A stretch of DNA of 64,000 nucleotides from Candidatus Geothermarchaeota archaeon (GCA_015523725.1 WAJV01000107.1:959-64958), one strand, 5' to 3'; shown: positions 1 to 11,404, numbered from the stretch's first letter. Numbers and translations: made by a program. The notes: generated by a model not told the origin, from the letters alone.

Positions 1-2
1 GA

Positions 3-1160
3 GCTATATTGCTTAGCGGGCCTCCGGGAACCGGGAAGACTGCCATAGCCATAGGAATAGCAAAAGAATTGGGTAAAGACGTACCATTTATATATTTAAG
101 CGCATCCGAGATATATTCAGCAGAGTATAGTAAAACGGAGGCCTTGATGAGAGCCATTAGAAAAGCTATAGGTGTAAAGATTAAGGACTTAAGAGAGGTC
201 ATTGAAGGAGAGGTTAAGAAACTAGAGGTTAAGATGGCTCCCCATCCATATAACCCATATCAACAGATCCCTGAGAGTATCAAAATAACCATAGCGACAA
301 AGGATGAGGAGAAAACCTTCTCGGCTGGCACAGAGATAGCTCTTGCATTCATTCAGCAAGGCATAAGAGAAGGAGATATAATAATGATCGATAAGGAGAC
401 TGGTAAGGTCACCAAATTAGGTAGATCTAAAGAGGCTCCGAGGCTCTATGACATAGAAGGAGAAGAATATTTAGATAGACCCACAGGACCCATAATCAAA
501 GAGAGAGAATTTATATATGTAATGACGTTACATGAGCTAGATCTAAGGAGGGCAAGGGGAGGAAGCCTACTCAGCCTATTCTTCACAACATCAGAAAAAG
601 AAATAAGTAGCGATATTAGGAGGGAAGTTGATGAATGGGTTAAAAACTTGGTCGAGGAGGGTAGGGCAGAGATAATACCAGGAGTATTATTCGTGGATGA
701 GATACACATGCTAGACATAGAGGCATATGCATTCCTAAACCGCGCTCTTGAAAGTGAGATGGCTCCAATCATAATATTTGCATCCAACAGGGGATTCACC
801 AAAATTAGGGGAACAGACATAACTTCACCACACGGAATCCCAATGGACCTATTAGATAGACTACTAATTATAATAACAGAGCCATATACCAAAGACGAAA
901 TGAGGGAAATAATCAAGATTAGGATGAGAGAAGAAGATGTGAAACTCACAGATGAAGCACTGGAGAGACTCGTTGAGATGGCTCAAGAACATAGCCTCAG
1001 ATATGCAATAATGTTACTAGCACCCACCAAAGAAGTAATACAATTAAAGAATAAAGACATCGCCGACGTAGAAGATATAGAATATGTCGCCAACCTATTT
1101 AGCGACTACAAAACCTCAGCGGAACACCTAAAAGAATATGAGAAACTTTACCTCAGCTAA
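3..1160 (+). CDS. tip49: TIP49/RuvB-like AAA+ ATPase (5' truncated by window)
   Basis: GPPGTGKT Walker A, SEIYSAEYSKTEAL, PGVLFVDEIHMLDIE, SNRG, HGIPMDLLDRLLII; frame is open to the window edge. Confidence 0.95.
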   Translation, partial: AILLSGPPGTGKTAIAIGIAKELGKDVPFIYLSASEIYSAEYSKTEALMRAIRKAIGVKIKDLREVIEGEVKKLEVKMAPHPYNPYQQIPESIKITIATKDEEKTFSAGTEIALAFIQQGIREGDIIMIDKETGKVTKLGRSKEAPRLYDIEGEEYLDRPTGPIIKEREFIYVMTLHELDLRRARGGSLLSLFFTTSEKEISSDIRREVDEWVKNLVEEGRAEIIPGVLFVDEIHMLDIEAYAFLNRALESEMAPIIIFASNRGFTKIRGTDITSPHGIPMDLLDRLLIIITEPYTKDEMREIIKIRMREEDVKLTDEALERLVEMAQEHSLRYAIMLLAPTKEVIQLKNKDIADVEDIEYVANLFSDYKTSAEHLKEYEKLYLS

Positions 1161-1224
1161 CAAACTCCTATTAAACATCATCAAAAAAATAATTGTTACA
1201 AATATTCTAGTCAGGTAATAAATC

Positions 1225-2010
1225 ATGGATGAATTAGAATATGGGAAATACATAGTATTATTAGATGAGAAGGGTAAAAAATGGTTAATAAAATTAAGTG
1301 AAGGAGGAATATTTCATACACACAAAGGCAGAATATATCATGAAGAAATTTTAAAGGCAGGCTACGGGGGGGAAATATCCAGCGACAAGGGATACCATTT
1401 CTACGTATTAAAACCAACAATCTATGACTACATAATAAAAACTCCAAGGCCTACACAGATAGTATACCCAAAGGACATAGGTTACTTAATCCTAAAACTC
1501 GGTATACATCCTGGGACAAGGATATTAGAGGTAGGTATGGGAAGTGGTGCATTCACCTCAGCCATACTAACCATATTAAACGGAGAAGGCCATATTGATG
1601 CATATGAACGTAGAGAAGACATAATGTGGAGCACAATAAAGTACCTAAATAGGATAGGAGTAGATACTAAGATATTAAATATACATAAAACCGACTTCCT
1701 AGAAGCATCACCACCAAAAAATTATTATGATATAGCTATCGTTGATATAGATGAACCATGGAAGGCATTAGATAGAGTATATCTAGCCCTCAAGAACTCA
1801 GGTAGAGTAGGATTCATTGTACCGACATATAACCAACTGGATAAACTAGCCGAATATATAGGGAAAAGATTTACAGACATAGAGGCCATAGAGATAAGTT
1901 ATAGAGAACTACAATTTAAGAAGGGGCGAATTAGACCTAGATTCAGAATGATAGGATTCACTACAGTAGTCGTCACAGCGGCAAAAATTAAGGGGGGAGA
2001 GTATATATAA
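1225..2010 (+). CDS. trmI: tRNA (adenine-57/58-N1)-methyltransferase
   Basis: FHTHKG, RPTQIVYPKD, LEVGMGSG SAM-binding motif, EPW, RP..RMIGFT. Confidence 0.92.
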   Translation: MDELEYGKYIVLLDEKGKKWLIKLSEGGIFHTHKGRIYHEEILKAGYGGEISSDKGYHFYVLKPTIYDYIIKTPRPTQIVYPKDIGYLILKLGIHPGTRILEVGMGSGAFTSAILTILNGEGHIDAYERREDIMWSTIKYLNRIGVDTKILNIHKTDFLEASPPKNYYDIAIVDIDEPWKALDRVYLALKNSGRVGFIVPTYNQLDKLAEYIGKRFTDIEAIEISYRELQFKKGRIRPRFRMIGFTTVVVTAAKIKGGEYI

Positions 2011-2058
2011 GAAACTTTTTCAGTAAATAATTTATAAACAATAAAGAGAGAGAACTGG

Positions 2059-2412
2059 CTATGCACCCAATATCAGAATCGCAATAATCAATCCATATAT
2101 CGCTACTCCCTCACCTAGCCCTGCCAACAATAATAGCCAAGTCGATAACTCAGATTTCTCAACCAAGGCAGCCATACCTGAACTCGCAGTCCCACTAATC
2201 GCGATGCCGGCGCCCAGCGTAGAACCTGCAACAGCTATACCAGCACCAACAAACTTATCTCCCTGCGGAATAGCCGCCTGCTGCTCCTGACCAAAAACCG
2301 TAACCACCAGTGAGGAGAATGCGATAGCAATAATCAACAAGTTGAATAACAGAACTATTCTAAAGAGAGTTCTTCTATTCAAGCTGAGACCACTAAGCAA
2401 CTTAATATCCAT
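2059..2412 (-). CDS. atpK: A/V-type ATP synthase proteolipid subunit K (c) with N-terminal hydrophobic extension
   Basis: Gly/Ala-rich hairpin helices with ion-binding Glu in GLGEGVAIYG; follows subunit I. Confidence 0.92.
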   Translation of the reverse strand: MDIKLLSGLSLNRRTLFRIVLLFNLLIIAIAFSSLVVTVFGQEQQAAIPQGDKFVGAGIAVAGSTLGAGIAISGTASSGMAALVEKSELSTWLLLLAGLGEGVAIYGLIIAILILGA

Positions 2413-2500
2413 AGCACCTACCCCCTGCGGAAATATTAAATCTATTTATCTAGAGCTATCCTTTATAAGGTTAATTATATATCATTTATCCATCAATTTA

Positions 2501-4447
2501 CTATAATTTAAATGGCCTAAACAACCTCCCCTCATCAATATAGAACTTCGTAGAGAACTCATAAAATAAAAGCCTTATAGACTGTATGCCAGCTGCGAAG
2601 CCCTCAATTAAAATAACAATGACGTTAAATACAAGGTATGATGGTATAAAGCCCATACTACCAGCCAATATGCCAGCCACTGATGCCAACGCAACATGCG
2701 CGATAGCGAACGCCCCCAACCTAATATATGATATTGAATTAGTTATATAGGATAAGAACATCTCAATAAACTCACTTATACCCTCCATCATAACCTCCGA
2801 AAACGGATGCTTATGCTTAGAGAATACATTCAGTATAGTTGGCTTAAGGAAAATAAACACCAATAAACCTAACTCAACAAGAACTAGGGGCATATTCTCA
2901 GGCGCCCCAAATACGGCTAAACTCATGTGACCAGTAATAAACCTAATAGCCAACACGATACCTATCAAATAATACACCATCCCCACTACGCCACGCCAAC
3001 CAAGCAAAGCCTCAGCATAATCCCTATTCAACAAATTATTAACTATATTCATCAACAGACCTATATTCAGCTGAATTAATCCAAAAATTATCGATGCAAC
3101 CGCTATAACCAAAGGCTCCTCCATAGGGTTAAGCCAAATGGGCTCCATAAAATGAACCAGGAACGACTCACCATATAGGAACCCAAATATTATGGAAAAT
3201 ATACTAGCTGTTGATAGTATGGCACCCAACTTATTAAGGGCTGAATAAGATATCCCCAAGAACGGTTTTCTAAGTCTATATAGAATCTGCCCAATAATAA
3301 ATAAAATTACTCCCTGCCCCACATCACCAAACATCATCCCATACATAATCGAGAAGAGGATCGTGAAGGGAATAGTTGGATCAATCTCATTATAATTAGG
3401 CACACCCCTCATTCTAACAATCAATTGAAAACGACTTAATAAAGGTAATTCAGACAATAATGTAGGCGGCTTATCCTCAGGCCCCGGATCAGACACCTCC
3501 ATATGCATAAGCCCACCAGTAACACCATCAAGAGAAGACCTCAACTCATCAACCTTATCGGAGGGAACCCAACCATAAACAACAGAGAAATTCCTCGTCC
3601 TAACAAGCATAGATTTAACCCTATACATAAATCTAACATACCTCAAATATGGATGGAACCTCTCCCTAAGCCTTACAAACCCCTCTCTCAACCTACTCAA
3701 ATCAGAAAGAAGTTTCTTTCTCTCATCCACCAATTTACTATAGACCTCCCGAGGATCCGTACCCAAATCAGATGGGACGATGGCCTCCTCAAAATTAAGG
3801 GCAGTCAATACACCCACAATACCCTCCTTATCCTTCTGAGACCCAGCGATCAATATAAAATTCTCCTTCTCCCTACCTTTCATTACACTCAAAACAACAT
3901 TATACGGTTTCAAAGCCTCCATAAGCTTATCTACATTAACCTCAGGAATAAAACCAGCCTTGACAAAAATATGTGTATATTCACCAGCTATATCTAGAGA
4001 CACATTATTCCTCTTAAATACATCAACATTAACAATCAAATCATCCAACTCACCTAATCTCCTACGCCCTCTTTCCAGAGCTTCAGCCAACTCATTATAA
4101 GTATCCTCGACCTCAGCCAAGAATGCCCTCAACTTATCCAATGGAAGCTTCTCGGATCCAATAGATACACGCCTAATCCTAAATGCATCACGCAACTTAT
4201 CGATAAAAGATTTCTTAATCTCACTCTTAGGCAGAATCTCATCCAGGGTATTTATCGCGATACCAGCTCTATCATATAACCTTAGAAAAGAATTATATGC
4301 CTCTAACTCCACGTCCCCCCTAACACCACCCCTAGCCTGACTAATAAACTCAACCGCACCCAACCTACCAATCGTCTCCAGAACAACATCCTCCTTATCC
4401 CTAGGCACAGCCACATAAAACTTCTTCATCCGCTTCGGCCGCAACAT
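2501..4447 (-). CDS. atpI: A/V-type ATP synthase subunit I (a)
   Basis: MLRPKRMKK start, PNYNEIDPT, GMMFGDVGQG, NSISYIRL, RLLFYEFSTKFY..GRLFRPF. Confidence 0.95.
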   Translation of the reverse strand: MLRPKRMKKFYVAVPRDKEDVVLETIGRLGAVEFISQARGGVRGDVELEAYNSFLRLYDRAGIAINTLDEILPKSEIKKSFIDKLRDAFRIRRVSIGSEKLPLDKLRAFLAEVEDTYNELAEALERGRRRLGELDDLIVNVDVFKRNNVSLDIAGEYTHIFVKAGFIPEVNVDKLMEALKPYNVVLSVMKGREKENFILIAGSQKDKEGIVGVLTALNFEEAIVPSDLGTDPREVYSKLVDERKKLLSDLSRLREGFVRLRERFHPYLRYVRFMYRVKSMLVRTRNFSVVYGWVPSDKVDELRSSLDGVTGGLMHMEVSDPGPEDKPPTLLSELPLLSRFQLIVRMRGVPNYNEIDPTIPFTILFSIMYGMMFGDVGQGVILFIIGQILYRLRKPFLGISYSALNKLGAILSTASIFSIIFGFLYGESFLVHFMEPIWLNPMEEPLVIAVASIIFGLIQLNIGLLMNIVNNLLNRDYAEALLGWRGVVGMVYYLIGIVLAIRFITGHMSLAVFGAPENMPLVLVELGLLVFIFLKPTILNVFSKHKHPFSEVMMEGISEFIEMFLSYITNSISYIRLGAFAIAHVALASVAGILAGSMGFIPSYLVFNVIVILIEGFAAGIQSIRLLFYEFSTKFYIDEGRLFRPFKL

Positions 4448-4568
4448 ATATAACCCCCACTAATCGATGAAACGATAGAAGACAATTATAAATTACAAAT
4501 TTATTAACCAGTATCAATTTAAAAAATGTATATATTAATCTAACCGTATTTAACTTAGAGGGATCCAT

Positions 4569-5144
4569 ATGAATATAAGAGATGTGGGATTAATCGCCCT
4601 ACTAATCACCTGGCTAGACACAATTATATACTCAATATACTTAATGATAAACAAGAATATATCAATAACATCCATAGAAAACCTCTATGAAATAGGTAGA
4701 AACCCATACCTATTCATCCTAAACGTAATACTGTTCTCCCTAAGCATATATATCGTCCTTAAAAATAGTCCAGAGAATGAGAGAAATATATTAAAGAAAG
4801 TATTCTGGGGATATCCAATAGCAACTCTATTAATAACACTCATTTATTCATTAATAATAGCAGGCGGGGAAGGCCTAAATATATTTACAAAATCACTGTT
4901 TATCCCAATGTATATCTTCGTTACCCTACTAACAACATTCCTCGCAGACCTATCTATAAAACCCATAAAGATATCTGAATACATTAAAAAATATTCACTA
5001 ATATTCACACTAATAGTAGAATTAGCTGTCTACCTGATACTCAGAATATTACTAGGAGCCTCACCAGTATTGGGAGGAACATTCCTACTACTAACAATTC
5101 TAACCTTAGCACTATATGCAACAGGAAAAATTAAGTTAAGTTAG
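4569..5144 (+). CDS. hypothetical polytopic membrane protein (~6 TM) interrupting the ATPase cluster
   Basis: 191-aa hydrophobic ORF with + strand codon usage; fills the gap between atpC and atpI. Confidence 0.7.
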   Translation: MNIRDVGLIALLITWLDTIIYSIYLMINKNISITSIENLYEIGRNPYLFILNVILFSLSIYIVLKNSPENERNILKKVFWGYPIATLLITLIYSLIIAGGEGLNIFTKSLFIPMYIFVTLLTTFLADLSIKPIKISEYIKKYSLIFTLIVELAVYLILRILLGASPVLGGTFLLLTILTLALYATGKIKLS

Positions 5145-6169
5145 ATTACAAGCTTTATCTCTTCCTCAGGAATAGATAACTCCTTGGCGAAAGCTATTGT
5201 AGTCAAGTTCCTATACTCAAAATAGATTGCATTCAAGTACCAGATTACATAACCCAGTCCCAATGCATTCCTAGTAGACATACTCTTAAGAAAATTAGAG
5301 AGAATCAAGTTTATACCATACTCCAGATCAGCTACACTCCCCTCCTCCAAAGCCTCAGCAACATAACTCGAGGCCCAGCCATATGGAGTCGACATAAAAC
5401 TATCTAGGAGAGTTTCTGCCCTAGCCCTCAACAAATTATTTATATATTCATCAGTCAACCTATAAAACGGCCTTAATATAGTCTCCTCAATCAACTCCTG
5501 CGGGGCACCCAACAACTTATATGCAACAATAAAGTAAAGATTCCTTAAATCAATCTCAAAACCAATAATATTCCTAACAACACCCTTATCAGGCAGCCTC
5601 TCAATATATTTAACAACATTCTTATAATACACTCTATCGAGATATGCCTCCAAAGGAATAGTTGAACCATATTCCCGTGCAATTGAAATATAGTTACCGA
5701 CCTCCCGATACTTAGTAAACATCAATAGAGTAACAGCATCCTCCAAGGACTCTGCCTCAATCATAGCCTGATAATTAATCACAGAATAAGTTCTAGGTAA
5801 CGGAATCAAATCATCAACTGCAAGCGATAAACCATGGAACTTAGCTACAAGGATACGTTTAACATTATCCACCTCCACCCTCCTAGTATATGCATCCAAA
5901 AACTTGTTGACAGGCTCAGGAGCAACCTTCAATAAATATAGTAGCCTATCAACATAAACCTCGGAAAAAACTTTATTCAACTCCCTAGCAGTAATACTCT
6001 CCCTAGACAATAAGCCAATCTTCTCTGCATAGTCGCCCCTCGAAACAGACTCAACAAAAGAATTTAAATCCCTAGTCCTAGCCAAGGCCCTAAAATCCTC
6101 AGCATTAAAAAGATGCGTGGATAAGCCATGAGCCCTAGTAATCAAGTAAATATAACTTGCAGACCTCAA
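5141..6169 (-). CDS. atpC: A/V-type ATP synthase subunit C
   Basis: Y..TRAHGL, LEAYLDRVYY, EIDLRNL, EYRNLTTI; operon position. Confidence 0.88.
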   Translation of the reverse strand: MRSASYIYLITRAHGLSTHLFNAEDFRALARTRDLNSFVESVSRGDYAEKIGLLSRESITARELNKVFSEVYVDRLLYLLKVAPEPVNKFLDAYTRRVEVDNVKRILVAKFHGLSLAVDDLIPLPRTYSVINYQAMIEAESLEDAVTLLMFTKYREVGNYISIAREYGSTIPLEAYLDRVYYKNVVKYIERLPDKGVVRNIIGFEIDLRNLYFIVAYKLLGAPQELIEETILRPFYRLTDEYINNLLRARAETLLDSFMSTPYGWASSYVAEALEEGSVADLEYGINLILSNFLKSMSTRNALGLGYVIWYLNAIYFEYRNLTTIAFAKELSIPEEEIKLVI

Positions 6170-6175
6170 TACATG

Positions 6176-6772
6176 TCACCTACCCAATATATGCTTAGTC
6201 CTCACAAACTCACCCAAAGCATCCTCCATAAGCCTCTCCTCAACATACCTAATAGTCTCCCTATACTGAGGTATAACAATCTTCTCCAGAGAATTAACCT
6301 TCCTAGAAGTACTCATCAACTCATATGCCAATGACTCAATATTATTCTCGACCTCAGCCGTCTTAATCATATAATCAAGAGCCTCATTCAACTTCTTCGC
6401 CAAAGCCTGTATCAAAGGATCGTAAAAAACCGTATAATCAACCCTCTTAGACACCTTCAAACCCACTAAATTAATCCCCATAACCATATTAGTATCAAAA
6501 TCCAGGTCCAAGTAACCGACACTCTTAGCCAATGTCAACAAATCTCTATACCCCTTCCTCATCAAGACATGCGCAAGAAGCTTATAAGCTTCCTTCAACC
6601 GACTCTCCATCTCACTCCTTATACCAACCTCACCCAACAACCTATTAATCTCACCAGCTAAACGATCCCTCTTCATCTCCAGAATCTCTTTCCCCTTAAC
6701 GATAAAACTCAACTGCTCCCTTAGAGCCAAAAGAACACCGGGACTCGCTGAAACACCGGATACAAAACTCAT
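6176..6772 (-). CDS. atpD: A/V-type ATP synthase subunit D
   Basis: LEMKRD, TSRKVNSLEKIVIP. Confidence 0.92.
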   Translation of the reverse strand: MSFVSGVSASPGVLLALREQLSFIVKGKEILEMKRDRLAGEINRLLGEVGIRSEMESRLKEAYKLLAHVLMRKGYRDLLTLAKSVGYLDLDFDTNMVMGINLVGLKVSKRVDYTVFYDPLIQALAKKLNEALDYMIKTAEVENNIESLAYELMSTSRKVNSLEKIVIPQYRETIRYVEERLMEDALGEFVRTKHILGR

Positions 6773-6783
6773 ACCCTCAGCAC

Positions 6784-8190
6784 CTAGGAAACAGGTTTAG
6801 CTCTATAATAATATTTCTCCAAAATCTCATCCTTAACCCTAACCAGCTCTTCCTCAGGCAATGTAGATAATACCTCCCAAGCCAAGTCAAGCGTCTCCTC
6901 AATCGTCCTATTCTCATACTCACCTTGATTAATAAACTTCCTCTCAAATATATCGGCGAAACGCAGGAAGAGCCTCTCCCTATCACTCAAACCCATCTCA
7001 CCGACGATCCTAGCCAAATCCCTAGCCTTGAGACCCCTAGAATATGCATCATACAACTGATCCGATACATCCTTATGGTCCTCCCTAGTCTTCCCAGGCC
7101 CCACACCACTCCTCATTAACCTACTGAGACTGGGAAGAACATTAATTGGCGGATAAATGCCCCTAGAATCCAACTCCTTGCTCAATATAATCTGGCCCTC
7201 AGTAATATATCCCGTCAAGTCTGGAATAGGATGTCTCTTATCACCACCCGGCATCGTCAAGATAGGCATCTGCGTCAAAGACCCCGGCCTACCCCTAACA
7301 ATACCAGCCCTCTCATAAATAGTAGCCAAGTCACTATACATATAACCAGGATAACCACCCCTACCCGGAACCTCCTCCCTAGCAGCACTAACCTCCCTAA
7401 GAGCCTCACAATAATTAGTCATATCAGTTAATATAGTTAGAACATGATAACCCAAGTCGAATGCAAGATACTCCGCAATAGTTAATGCAATCCGGGGGGT
7501 TACAAGCCTCTCGATAGCAGGGTCATCAGCCAAATTAAGAACAACCACAGACCTCTCGATAGCACCCGACTCCCTAAACGACTCAATAAAGAAACGGGCC
7601 TCATCATTCTTCAAACCCATCGCGGCAAAAACTATCGCGAACTCCTCCTCCTCACCCAATACAGTCGCCTGCCTAGCAATCTGGGCAGCGACCCTATTAT
7701 GAGGAAGACCAGACTCACTAAATATCGGCAGCTTCTGTCCCCTAATCAAACTCAACATACCATCAATAGCTGATATACCAGTCTGGATAAAGTTATTAGG
7801 ATGAATCCTAGCCCTAGGATTAATCGGCGAACCATTAATATCCCTACGCTCCCTAGACACAATCGGCCCCATACCATCAATAGGCTCAAACCTACCATTA
7901 AACATCCTCCCCAACGCATCATCCGAGACCGGTATCTCGAAAGTAGAGCCGGTGAACCTCACAGCCGTAGCCGTCTCCAAACCCGACTCCTCACCAAAAA
8001 CCTGTACAATAATATATTGGTTACTAACTTCAAGCACTCTACCCATCCTATCGATTCCATCTGGGGCCCTGACTAAAACCACCTCATCATATAAAACATT
8101 GGGTATAGGCTCCAAAACAAGTATAGAACCCCTAACCTCCCTAACACCCTTATGAACAACACCATAAATATCCCTAATATCCAGCGACAT
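6784..8190 (-). CDS. atpB: A/V-type ATP synthase subunit B
   Basis: [47 protein letters not shown]. Confidence 0.97.
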   Translation of the reverse strand: MSLDIRDIYGVVHKGVREVRGSILVLEPIPNVLYDEVVLVRAPDGIDRMGRVLEVSNQYIIVQVFGEESGLETATAVRFTGSTFEIPVSDDALGRMFNGRFEPIDGMGPIVSRERRDINGSPINPRARIHPNNFIQTGISAIDGMLSLIRGQKLPIFSESGLPHNRVAAQIARQATVLGEEEEFAIVFAAMGLKNDEARFFIESFRESGAIERSVVVLNLADDPAIERLVTPRIALTIAEYLAFDLGYHVLTILTDMTNYCEALREVSAAREEVPGRGGYPGYMYSDLATIYERAGIVRGRPGSLTQMPILTMPGGDKRHPIPDLTGYITEGQIILSKELDSRGIYPPINVLPSLSRLMRSGVGPGKTREDHKDVSDQLYDAYSRGLKARDLARIVGEMGLSDRERLFLRFADIFERKFINQGEYENRTIEETLDLAWEVLSTLPEEELVRVKDEILEKYYYRAKPVS

Positions 8191-8193
8191 TAA

Positions 8194-10023
8194 CTACACC
8201 TCCACCTCAACACGATACTCACTAGCAAGCCTCTGCAAGGAAGACTTAGCCTCATCAGCCAACTCCTTAATAGCCTCAACCCTCCTAGGATCAAACTTAA
8301 CCCTCTTAATCTTAGACACGACGGGAAGCTCAAGAACCCTATCAATCGGAACCTTCTTCCTAATAAGCTTCTCAACATTATAATGAAAATCAATAATTAA
8401 CTTAAGTAACAAAGCAGACTTCTCAGGCTCAGAATAGGTATCAACCTCATCGAAGGCATTCTGCCTAAGAAAACCCTCTTTAATCAACTCAGAAGTCAAT
8501 AAAAGAAGCCGCTGATCATCTGGAAGAGACTTCTCACCAATGATCCTAGCTATCGACTCAACCTCAGCAGCAGAAGACAATATATTCATAGCGTCCTCCC
8601 TATAACGCGGAAAATCTTTATCAACACTCTTCCACCAATTAAGCAACTCCTCCTTATACATACTGAAACTCCCAATGAATCCACCAAGAATCTCCTTAGC
8701 ATATAAACTATAGCTCTTCAACCAATTAATGGCTGGGAAATGCCTACTATAAGCCAGATCAGCATCTAAAGCCCAGAAGACACCGGTAAACCGTAGAGTA
8801 TGAATCGTAACAGGCTCATTAAAATCACCTCCCGGGGGAGAAACAGCACCAACGATAGTTACCGAACCCTCCCTATCAGGCCTACCTAGGACCTTCACCC
8901 TACCAGCCCTCTCATAGAACTCAGCTATCTTATCAGGAAGATATGCGGGGAAACCACGCTCAACAGGCATCTCACCCAACCTTCCAGATATCTCCCTAAT
9001 AGCCTCAGCCCACCTAGATGTGGAGTCAGCCATAAGTGATACATCATATCCCATATCCCTATAATACTCAGCTATCGTAATACCGATATATACACTAGCC
9101 TCCCTAGCAGAAACCGGCATATTACTCGTATTAGCTATTAATACGGTACGCTCCATCAAAGGCTTACCAGTCTTAGGGTCCACCAACTCAGGAAAATCTT
9201 GAAGAACCTCAGCCATCTCATTCCCACGTTCCCCACATCCAATATAGACAACCACATCAGCATCACTCCACTTAGCCAATTGATGAAGAGTAATCGTCTT
9301 ACCTGTCCCAAATCCACCGGGTATACAGGCAGCCCCACCCTTAGCAACAGGGAAAAACACATCGATTACACGCTGACCAGTAATTAACGGCGTCTTAAGC
9401 GGAAGCCTTCCACCAGGAGCTATAGGCCTAGGCTCCCTCACAGGCCACTCCTGAATCATATTTAATTCCTTAACACCGCCATCATCCAACTCAACCTTAG
9501 CTATGACATCAGTTACCCTGAATTCCCCCTCACCAACCTCCAAAATCTTTCCAGAAACACCATGTGGAACCATAATTTTATGGATAATTGTTGACGACTC
9601 AGGAACCTCACCAATAATATCTCCCCCACTAACATAATCACCCTCCTTAACCAAAGGCCTAAAACTCCACTTAATATCCCTCGGCAACGTATATGCCTTA
9701 ATACCTCTACCAATAAATGGACCACTCGCCCTAATCAAATCATCCAGGGGCCTCCCAACACCATCAAAAATATTCTTAATCAAACCAGGCCCCAACTCGG
9801 CGACCAACTTCTTACCAGTACCCCGAATAGGGTCACCCACCTTCAAACCACTAGTTGGTTCATAAACTTGAGCAGCAAATGTATCCTCAATTATCCGGAT
9901 AACTTCACCAATCAAACCCTCCTCTCCAACCTCGACAACCTCACCAATCTTAATATCTGGAATACCCCTTCCAACAACTAGTGTACCTGAAACCCTAACA
10001 ATCTCTCCAACCCTATCCAACAC
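8194..10023 (-). CDS. atpA: A/V-type ATP synthase subunit A (no intein)
   Basis: PGGFGTGKT, GCGERGNE, ADSTSRWAEA, SPPGGDF. Confidence 0.97.
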   Translation of the reverse strand: MLDRVGEIVRVSGTLVVGRGIPDIKIGEVVEVGEEGLIGEVIRIIEDTFAAQVYEPTSGLKVGDPIRGTGKKLVAELGPGLIKNIFDGVGRPLDDLIRASGPFIGRGIKAYTLPRDIKWSFRPLVKEGDYVSGGDIIGEVPESSTIIHKIMVPHGVSGKILEVGEGEFRVTDVIAKVELDDGGVKELNMIQEWPVREPRPIAPGGRLPLKTPLITGQRVIDVFFPVAKGGAACIPGGFGTGKTITLHQLAKWSDADVVVYIGCGERGNEMAEVLQDFPELVDPKTGKPLMERTVLIANTSNMPVSAREASVYIGITIAEYYRDMGYDVSLMADSTSRWAEAIREISGRLGEMPVERGFPAYLPDKIAEFYERAGRVKVLGRPDREGSVTIVGAVSPPGGDFNEPVTIHTLRFTGVFWALDADLAYSRHFPAINWLKSYSLYAKEILGGFIGSFSMYKEELLNWWKSVDKDFPRYREDAMNILSSAAEVESIARIIGEKSLPDDQRLLLLTSELIKEGFLRQNAFDEVDTYSEPEKSALLLKLIIDFHYNVEKLIRKKVPIDRVLELPVVSKIKRVKFDPRRVEAIKELADEAKSSLQRLASEYRVEVEV

Positions 10024-10646
10024 TAACCACCTCCAAACAACAACTCGAATATAGATACAGCTAACTCCTCCCTAGCCCTATTAAATAGAGCCTCAAAAGA
10101 CGCATTAAAATAAACCTTCTCCTCAACATCACTAACCACAACTCCGCCGACAATATCCAGATAATCATTAGCCAAACCAATCTTTATATTCCTACCGACA
10201 AGCTTGGATACATCCTTACTCAACTTACCCAACAAACCCTTCAACCGCGTCGCATCCTCCTTATTAACATGAATCAAAACCTCATCAACACCAATCTTAT
10301 TAACACCAAGAGCAATCATCCGAGGTAGAAAATCACCATAATATTCCTTACTACCCCTAAAACCAGTAAATCGCTCCCAAGCAGTCTTAAAAACCTGATC
10401 CACAACCTCCCATTTAGTATTAACAATTAATTTCTTACCCTCAATCCTAGCAAGAGATAATTCAGACCGAAGCCTCTCCTCCATCCTCTTCCTAACCTCC
10501 TGCTCCCTACTCAATCGAATCATCCTAGCCTTCTCCTCAGCATCCCTAATAATTTTATCCGCCTCAGCCCTAGCCTCAGACAATATTTCATTAACCTTAC
10601 GCTCAGCCTCCTCAAGAATCTCTCTCCTAAGCTCCTCAATACCCAC
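10023..10646 (-). CDS. atpE: A/V-type ATP synthase subunit E
   Basis: Charged N-terminal coiled coil, GGVVV near the C-terminus; probable GTG start overlapping the upstream TAG (TAGTG). Confidence 0.88.
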   Translation of the reverse strand: MGIEELRREILEEAERKVNEILSEARAEADKIIRDAEEKARMIRLSREQEVRKRMEERLRSELSLARIEGKKLIVNTKWEVVDQVFKTAWERFTGFRGSKEYYGDFLPRMIALGVNKIGVDEVLIHVNKEDATRLKGLLGKLSKDVSKLVGRNIKIGLANDYLDIVGGVVVSDVEEKVYFNASFEALFNRAREELAVSIFELLFGGG

Positions 10647-10957
10647 TACTCGACACCCCCCTCCAACAACCACTTATACACCATATTCACAGCCTCGGAA
10701 AACTTATCCCTAGACTTATCCCTCAACTCCTTAGCCATACTATTATACTCAGCAATAACCTTTTCCTTCTCAACCCTAATCCTATCCAAATACTCAGCCT
10801 CAATATCACGAAACTCTATAGACTCAGCCTCCCTAATCAACTCACCAGCCCTACGCTTAGCATCAGCAATAATCTTCTCCGCCTCAGCCCTAGCATCCAA
10901 AATCCTCTTCTCAGCCTCCCTCTCAATCTCCAATAACATATCAATCTCACTAGACAT
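10646..10957 (-). CDS. atpH: A/V-type ATP synthase peripheral stalk subunit H (G)
   Basis: EREAEKRILDARAEAEKII coiled coil, size and operon position. Confidence 0.8.
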   Translation of the reverse strand: MSSEIDMLLEIEREAEKRILDARAEAEKIIADAKRRAGELIREAESIEFRDIEAEYLDRIRVEKEKVIAEYNSMAKELRDKSRDKFSEAVNMVYKWLLEGGVE

Positions 10958-10961
10958 ATTA

Positions 10962-11303
10962 TCAACCCCTCCCTAACTCCAACCTAACACCAACAGCTTG
11001 ACTAATCAAATTATATAAATCCTCAGTCCTCTTACCCACAGCTCCCTCCAAACCAGGAATCACCAGGAGAACAGGCCTATCCCTACCCTCCTTCCTAAAC
11101 CTAAAATGTCTACCCACAAGCTTTATATATAAATCCTCAGGAATAATCAATAGATCAACATCATCCCTATCTAGAACATCACCAATCATCTTCTCAGCAT
11201 CAATAATATCATAAACTACATGAGATTCCACACCAATTAACCTGAACGCAACCGATAAATAATCATCACCGAAAAAAACCGCCTTACCCATAAATACCCC
11301 CAT
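10962..11303 (-). CDS. atpF: A/V-type ATP synthase subunit F
   Basis: GD....FRLIGV, P.LLVIP, AVGV C-terminus. Confidence 0.88.
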   Translation of the reverse strand: MGVFMGKAVFFGDDYLSVAFRLIGVESHVVYDIIDAEKMIGDVLDRDDVDLLIIPEDLYIKLVGRHFRFRKEGRDRPVLLVIPGLEGAVGKRTEDLYNLISQAVGVRLELGRG

Positions 11304-11404
11304 ATCCCCAAAAATTAAGCCGCATATTTATATAGAGATTATGGAGATAGTGCATTAATAAATCTAAATATTTTCAATAAAGAATATTTTTAACTGATAA
11401 TCAA

